Assembly: GCA_964561545.1 (NCBI GenBank)
Contig: CAZLQF010000003.1
Span: forward strand, 74,775-138,774
Direction of reading: 5' to 3'
DNA: 64,000 nt
From: an uncultured Sphingobacteriales bacterium
GTDB lineage: Bacteria > Bacteroidota > Bacteroidia > CAILMK01 > CAYYUA01
Position 1 is the first letter of the stretch; each line of letters begins with the position of its first letter. The notes under the pieces were generated by a model that saw only the letters and a program-made list of their open reading frames with translations, was not told where the DNA came from and searched no databases. This document shows positions 60,519 through 64,000 of this stretch, piece after piece. Both the position numbers and the translations under genes were made by a program.

Positions 60519-62942
60519 ATGAAAGCTACTAAACCTTTATGGGTGATTTTTGGGTTAATATTTTGCTCTGGGCTTCCCTTAATTGCGCAAACCGATAAAC
60601 AATGTTACCGGAAAGTCCCTGGCTCAGAGGCAAGGGGGCATCAACTGGATTTTCAAAAGATGGTATTGGATGTGGCTTTTGAACCCGGTAAAGGCTTGGT
60701 CAAAGGGAAGGTTACGCACTTCTTTTCTCCGCTTAGGAAGTCGGTAGATTCCTTTTTCCTGGATGCGCCGGGCATTACTTTTCAGGAAGTCACACTGAAT
60801 GGAAAATCCATTGACTACCAAACAACAGAGAAGGGTATTGCCCTTTTCCCTGATGAGCCTTTAAACTGGGAAACGGATCATAAGCTATTCATGGATTACC
60901 AGGCTACTCCGCGTAAAGGGATTTATTTTATTGGTTGGAATGACCCAAAGGGCCAAAGCCGCAAGCAGATATGGACACAGGGGCAAGGTACGGATAACCG
61001 GCATTGGATTCCTTGCTATGATGCCCCTAACGATAAGCTGATTACGGAAGTCAAAGTAACGTTTGATGAAGATTACCAGGTGCTATCCAATGGTGAAAGG
61101 CTTAATGTAGAACCTGCTGCCAATGCCAAGAAAACCTGGCACTATAAAATCACCCACCCGCATACCACTTACCTGGTGATGCTGGCCATTGGCAAGTACG
61201 GGATTGAGGATAGGATGTCTAACAACGGCACCCCAATGAAAATGTATTATTACCCTGATGAACCCGAAAAACTTGAGCCTACCTACCGGCACAGCAAAGC
61301 CATTATGAACATCCTGGAAAAGGAGACCGGAGTACAATACCCCTGGAGCAAATATGCCCAGGTGCCTGTTCAGGATTTCCTATACGGAGCGATGGAGAAT
61401 ACCACTGCTACCATATTCGGGGATTTCTACCATGTGAATGAACAAGGAGCCCTGGATAACAGCTACGAGTATGTTAATGCCCATGAACTGGCCCATCATT
61501 GGTTTGGGGATTATATTACGCTAAACAGCGATAAGCACATTTGGCTCCATGAAAGCTTTGCCACGCATTATGGCCGCTTATGCCAGTACCACCTGGATGG
61601 GGAAAAAGCCTACCAGGTAATCCGCGAGCGGCAATTGCAGCGGGCCCTTTCTGCTTCCGACAAAAACACCCGGCCCATTATGGCCTCCAATGCGGGGACC
61701 AATCGTATTTATCCCAAGGGCGCCCTTGTTTTGGGCATGTTAAAGGATGTAGTAGGTAAAGCCCAGTTCGACCGGGTCGTCAAACATTACCTGAATAAGC
61801 ATGCTTTTGGCCATGTTACCACCCATGACTTCATTATGGCTTTCCAGGAGGTACTGGGCATGAACCTGAACTGGTTCTTCGAACAGTGGATAAAGCATGG
61901 GGGAGAGCCCCACTACAAGGTCAATTACCAAGTCATGGAAATTAACGGTAATGCCCAAACGCAAGTCCGGGTTCAACAAATTCATAAAGTGACTGATTTA
62001 ATAGGCTATTTTCGTATGCCCATTGACTTGGTGGTACACTATGAAGATGGTACCCAAACCCGTAAAACGGCTTGGATAGATGGTCCGGAAACTGTCGTCA
62101 ACCTTGAAAAGCCTAAGGGTAAATCCGTTGATTTTGTCCTGTTTGACCCTAACAATCAAGTAGTTAAACGGTTGACCTTTCCCAAACCCCTTGAAGAGCT
62201 AAAAAGCCAGGCCCTCAATGCACCGGCCATGATAGACCGTTACGATGCGCTGAAGGCCATGCGCCATCTTTCCCTTACCCAAAAACGGGATGCTCTAATT
62301 ACCATCTATGAGCAGTCGGATTACTATTTCCTGAAAAAGGAAATTCTCAGGCAACTGGCCGGAGATAGGCATGAGGAGAGCCTGGCAGTACTCAAAAAAG
62401 GCTTAAACGATTCCCATCATGAAGTACGAGGGGCTGTCCTGAGCCATGTGGATTCAGTGCCGGAAGCTCTTATACCGGGCTATGAACAGGCCTTGACCGA
62501 TTCTTCCTATGATAATGTGGAAATGGCTCTGCAAAAACTGGTCAAATACCACCCTGCCAACCGGGACCAATATTTCGAGAAAACCCGTGACGAACAAGGG
62601 ATTGGCCACGCCATACAAGTGAAATGGCTGGAATTGGCCACCCGCCATAAAGACCGGAATTACCGCGGGGATTTAGTTGAAATGACCAGCCGCTCCTACG
62701 AATTCCGCACCCGTGTGAATGCGATGCAGGCGCTGAAAAGGTTGAATTATTGTGACCAGGCATTGGTGAAAAACCTGTTCCACGCCTACCTTAACCCCAA
62801 TAACCGGCTTAGCAATCCTGCAAAGGAAGTTTTAACCTACTTCATGACCCAACATCAATATGAAGAAGTCATTCAAGCCTATTACCAAAGTCAAGAATGG
62901 GAAACCTGGGAAGAAAAGCAGCTAAAGAAGGTTTTAGGTTGA
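60519..62942 (+). CDS. M1 family aminopeptidase N-like zinc peptidase with C-terminal HEAT-like repeats
   Basis: Signal peptide. GAMEN exopeptidase motif. HELAHHWFGD...WLHESFATHY (HEXXH-X18-E). Helical C-terminal repeats. Confidence 0.8.
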   Translation: MKATKPLWVIFGLIFCSGLPLIAQTDKQCYRKVPGSEARGHQLDFQKMVLDVAFEPGKGLVKGKVTHFFSPLRKSVDSFFLDAPGITFQEVTLNGKSIDYQTTEKGIALFPDEPLNWETDHKLFMDYQATPRKGIYFIGWNDPKGQSRKQIWTQGQGTDNRHWIPCYDAPNDKLITEVKVTFDEDYQVLSNGERLNVEPAANAKKTWHYKITHPHTTYLVMLAIGKYGIEDRMSNNGTPMKMYYYPDEPEKLEPTYRHSKAIMNILEKETGVQYPWSKYAQVPVQDFLYGAMENTTATIFGDFYHVNEQGALDNSYEYVNAHELAHHWFGDYITLNSDKHIWLHESFATHYGRLCQYHLDGEKAYQVIRERQLQRALSASDKNTRPIMASNAGTNRIYPKGALVLGMLKDVVGKAQFDRVVKHYLNKHAFGHVTTHDFIMAFQEVLGMNLNWFFEQWIKHGGEPHYKVNYQVMEINGNAQTQVRVQQIHKVTDLIGYFRMPIDLVVHYEDGTQTRKTAWIDGPETVVNLEKPKGKSVDFVLFDPNNQVVKRLTFPKPLEELKSQALNAPAMIDRYDALKAMRHLSLTQKRDALITIYEQSDYYFLKKEILRQLAGDRHEESLAVLKKGLNDSHHEVRGAVLSHVDSVPEALIPGYEQALTDSSYDNVEMALQKLVKYHPANRDQYFEKTRDEQGIGHAIQVKWLELATRHKDRNYRGDLVEMTSRSYEFRTRVNAMQALKRLNYCDQALVKNLFHAYLNPNNRLSNPAKEVLTYFMTQHQYEEVIQAYYQSQEWETWEEKQLKKVLG

Positions 62943-63134
62943 AGGGGCTATGATGCCGTTGATAATCTACGGTTTTGAACCCCATTAGCCTTTAAAACTG
63001 AATGGCATTGCTATTACTTTCACCAATGACTTATCGCCTAAGGATGCTCAAATACTAGCAAACAAACCATTGAATCCGGTGAGATGGTATAAACCCAGTT
63101 TCCATGGATTGGATTAACATCGGGGATTACCATT

Positions 63135-63250
63135 CCATGTTTTCAGGAAAATTCGTGGAGTATTGTTCCATGAATTTGGCAAAATTTATGGATTGATATT
63201 CCATGATTTTTGGTAAATTCGTGCAGCAAAAGTCCATGAATTTTAATTTA
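63135..63250. repeat. about 3.5 copies of a 33-bp direct tandem repeat
   Basis: Units begin at 63135, 63168, 63201 and 63234 (CCATG...). Consensus roughly CCATGAWTTTKGSAAAATTCGTGSAGNAWWGTT. The last unit runs into the ATG of the downstream ATPase gene. Confidence 0.7.
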
Positions 63251-63252
63251 GT

Positions 63253-64000
63253 TATGGCTGAAGGCAACAAAAAAGGATTTCCGCGTTTCTTTACTACGGA
63301 TGAAATTGACGCCATGCTTCATCCGGAAAGGGTATTGACCATTTATGGCCCAAGAAGAACCGGGAAAACGACTTTCTTAAAAGCTTATTTGGATGAGTGT
63401 GGCCTCAAATACAAATATGATAATGGAGATAACATCCAAACCCGGGAAATTCTCAATTCCAGCGATTTTGACTTGATCAAAGAATATGCAGAGGGCTATG
63501 AATTGATAGCCATTGACGAAGCACAGGAAATCCCCAATGTAGGAAAGGGTTTGAAAATCTTGGTAGATCAGGTTCCCGGCTTACGGGTTATTGCCACTGG
63601 TTCATCCTCCTTCAACCTTTCTTACCGGATTGGGGAACCGCTGACCGGCCGCAAAACCACCATCAAGCTGTATCCCTTTAGCCAGGAGGAATTGTTGAAA
63701 GTTTACAACCGGTTTGAATTAAAACAACAGCTCCCCCAAACATTGGTTTACGGAACCTATCCGGAAGTATACCTTGCCGGCACCAAGCATGAAAAGCAGG
63801 TTTTATTGGATGAGCTCGTTAATGCTTATCTACTAAAAGACATCCTGATGCTGGAGGACATCAAACGCCCGAAATTATTGCTGGATGTTTTAAAACTTTT
63901 GTCCTTCCAGGTCGGCTCTCTTGTATCTTTTAGTGAATTAGGCCGGCAGCTCGGTATTGATACCAAAACCGTGATCCGCTACATTGAGTTACTGGAATGG
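63253..64000 (+). CDS. AAA+ ATPase (AAA_14/DUF4143 family), 3' partial at window edge
   Basis: Walker A GPRRTGKTT and Walker B IAIDEAQ. The architecture is typical of the widespread ATP-binding protein family with a C-terminal DUF4143. The ORF continues past the window end. Confidence 0.7.

Noticed and set aside
63127-63315. 62-aa minus-strand ORF with the repeating KFMDF/KFMEQ/NMEW motif
   Set aside because: It is produced by translating the 33-bp tandem DNA repeat. The repeat, not a protein, is the real feature.
1-64000. Search for CRISPR arrays, transposases, integrases, rRNA or complete tRNA genes
   Set aside because: No regularly spaced direct repeats with unique spacers were found. 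No DDE/tyrosine-recombinase-like ORFs or rRNA-like conserved stretches were recognised. The only tandem repeat is the 33-bp array at 63135..63250, which lacks spacer structure.

Overview
This window looks like a chromosomal segment from a Bacteroidota genome. Support for that placement is two giant PKD-repeat proteins with T9SS C-terminal sorting domains (one type A, one type B), the TAnnTTTG -7 promoter motif, a MoxR/DUF58 Bat-like operon, and moderate AT-rich intergenic regions. Most of the window is densely packed housekeeping genes: dksA-like, lspA, fabG, sucD, phoH, purC, purM, korAB, hldD, glycerate kinase and several peptidases. I saw no rRNA, convincing tRNA, CRISPR array, transposase or integrase.

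The most interesting locus is a translationally coupled pair on the minus strand (19865..21915). Both proteins carry near-diagnostic motifs of mycobacterial DprE1 (FAD-dependent decaprenylphosphoryl-ribose 2'-oxidase) and DprE2 (SDR 2'-keto reductase), the lipid-linked ribose-to-arabinose epimerase. They sit in an apparent operon with two NAD-dependent sugar-nucleotide epimerase/reductase genes and a small 3-4 TM membrane protein. Nearby is a 714-aa polytopic membrane protein with an N-terminal discoidin-like domain. Together these suggest a previously uncharacterised lipid-linked pentose (D-arabinofuranose-like) glycosylation system outside the Actinobacteria.

Other notable items:
- A glycine/sarcosine plus sarcosine/dimethylglycine N-methyltransferase pair, indicating de novo glycine betaine synthesis.
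- Four copies of a 33-bp direct repeat immediately upstream of an AAA ATPase gene.
- A ~950-bp ORF-free gap downstream of a truncated Bat-like operon.
- A type B CTD giant adhesin with no adjacent PorP/SprF partner.
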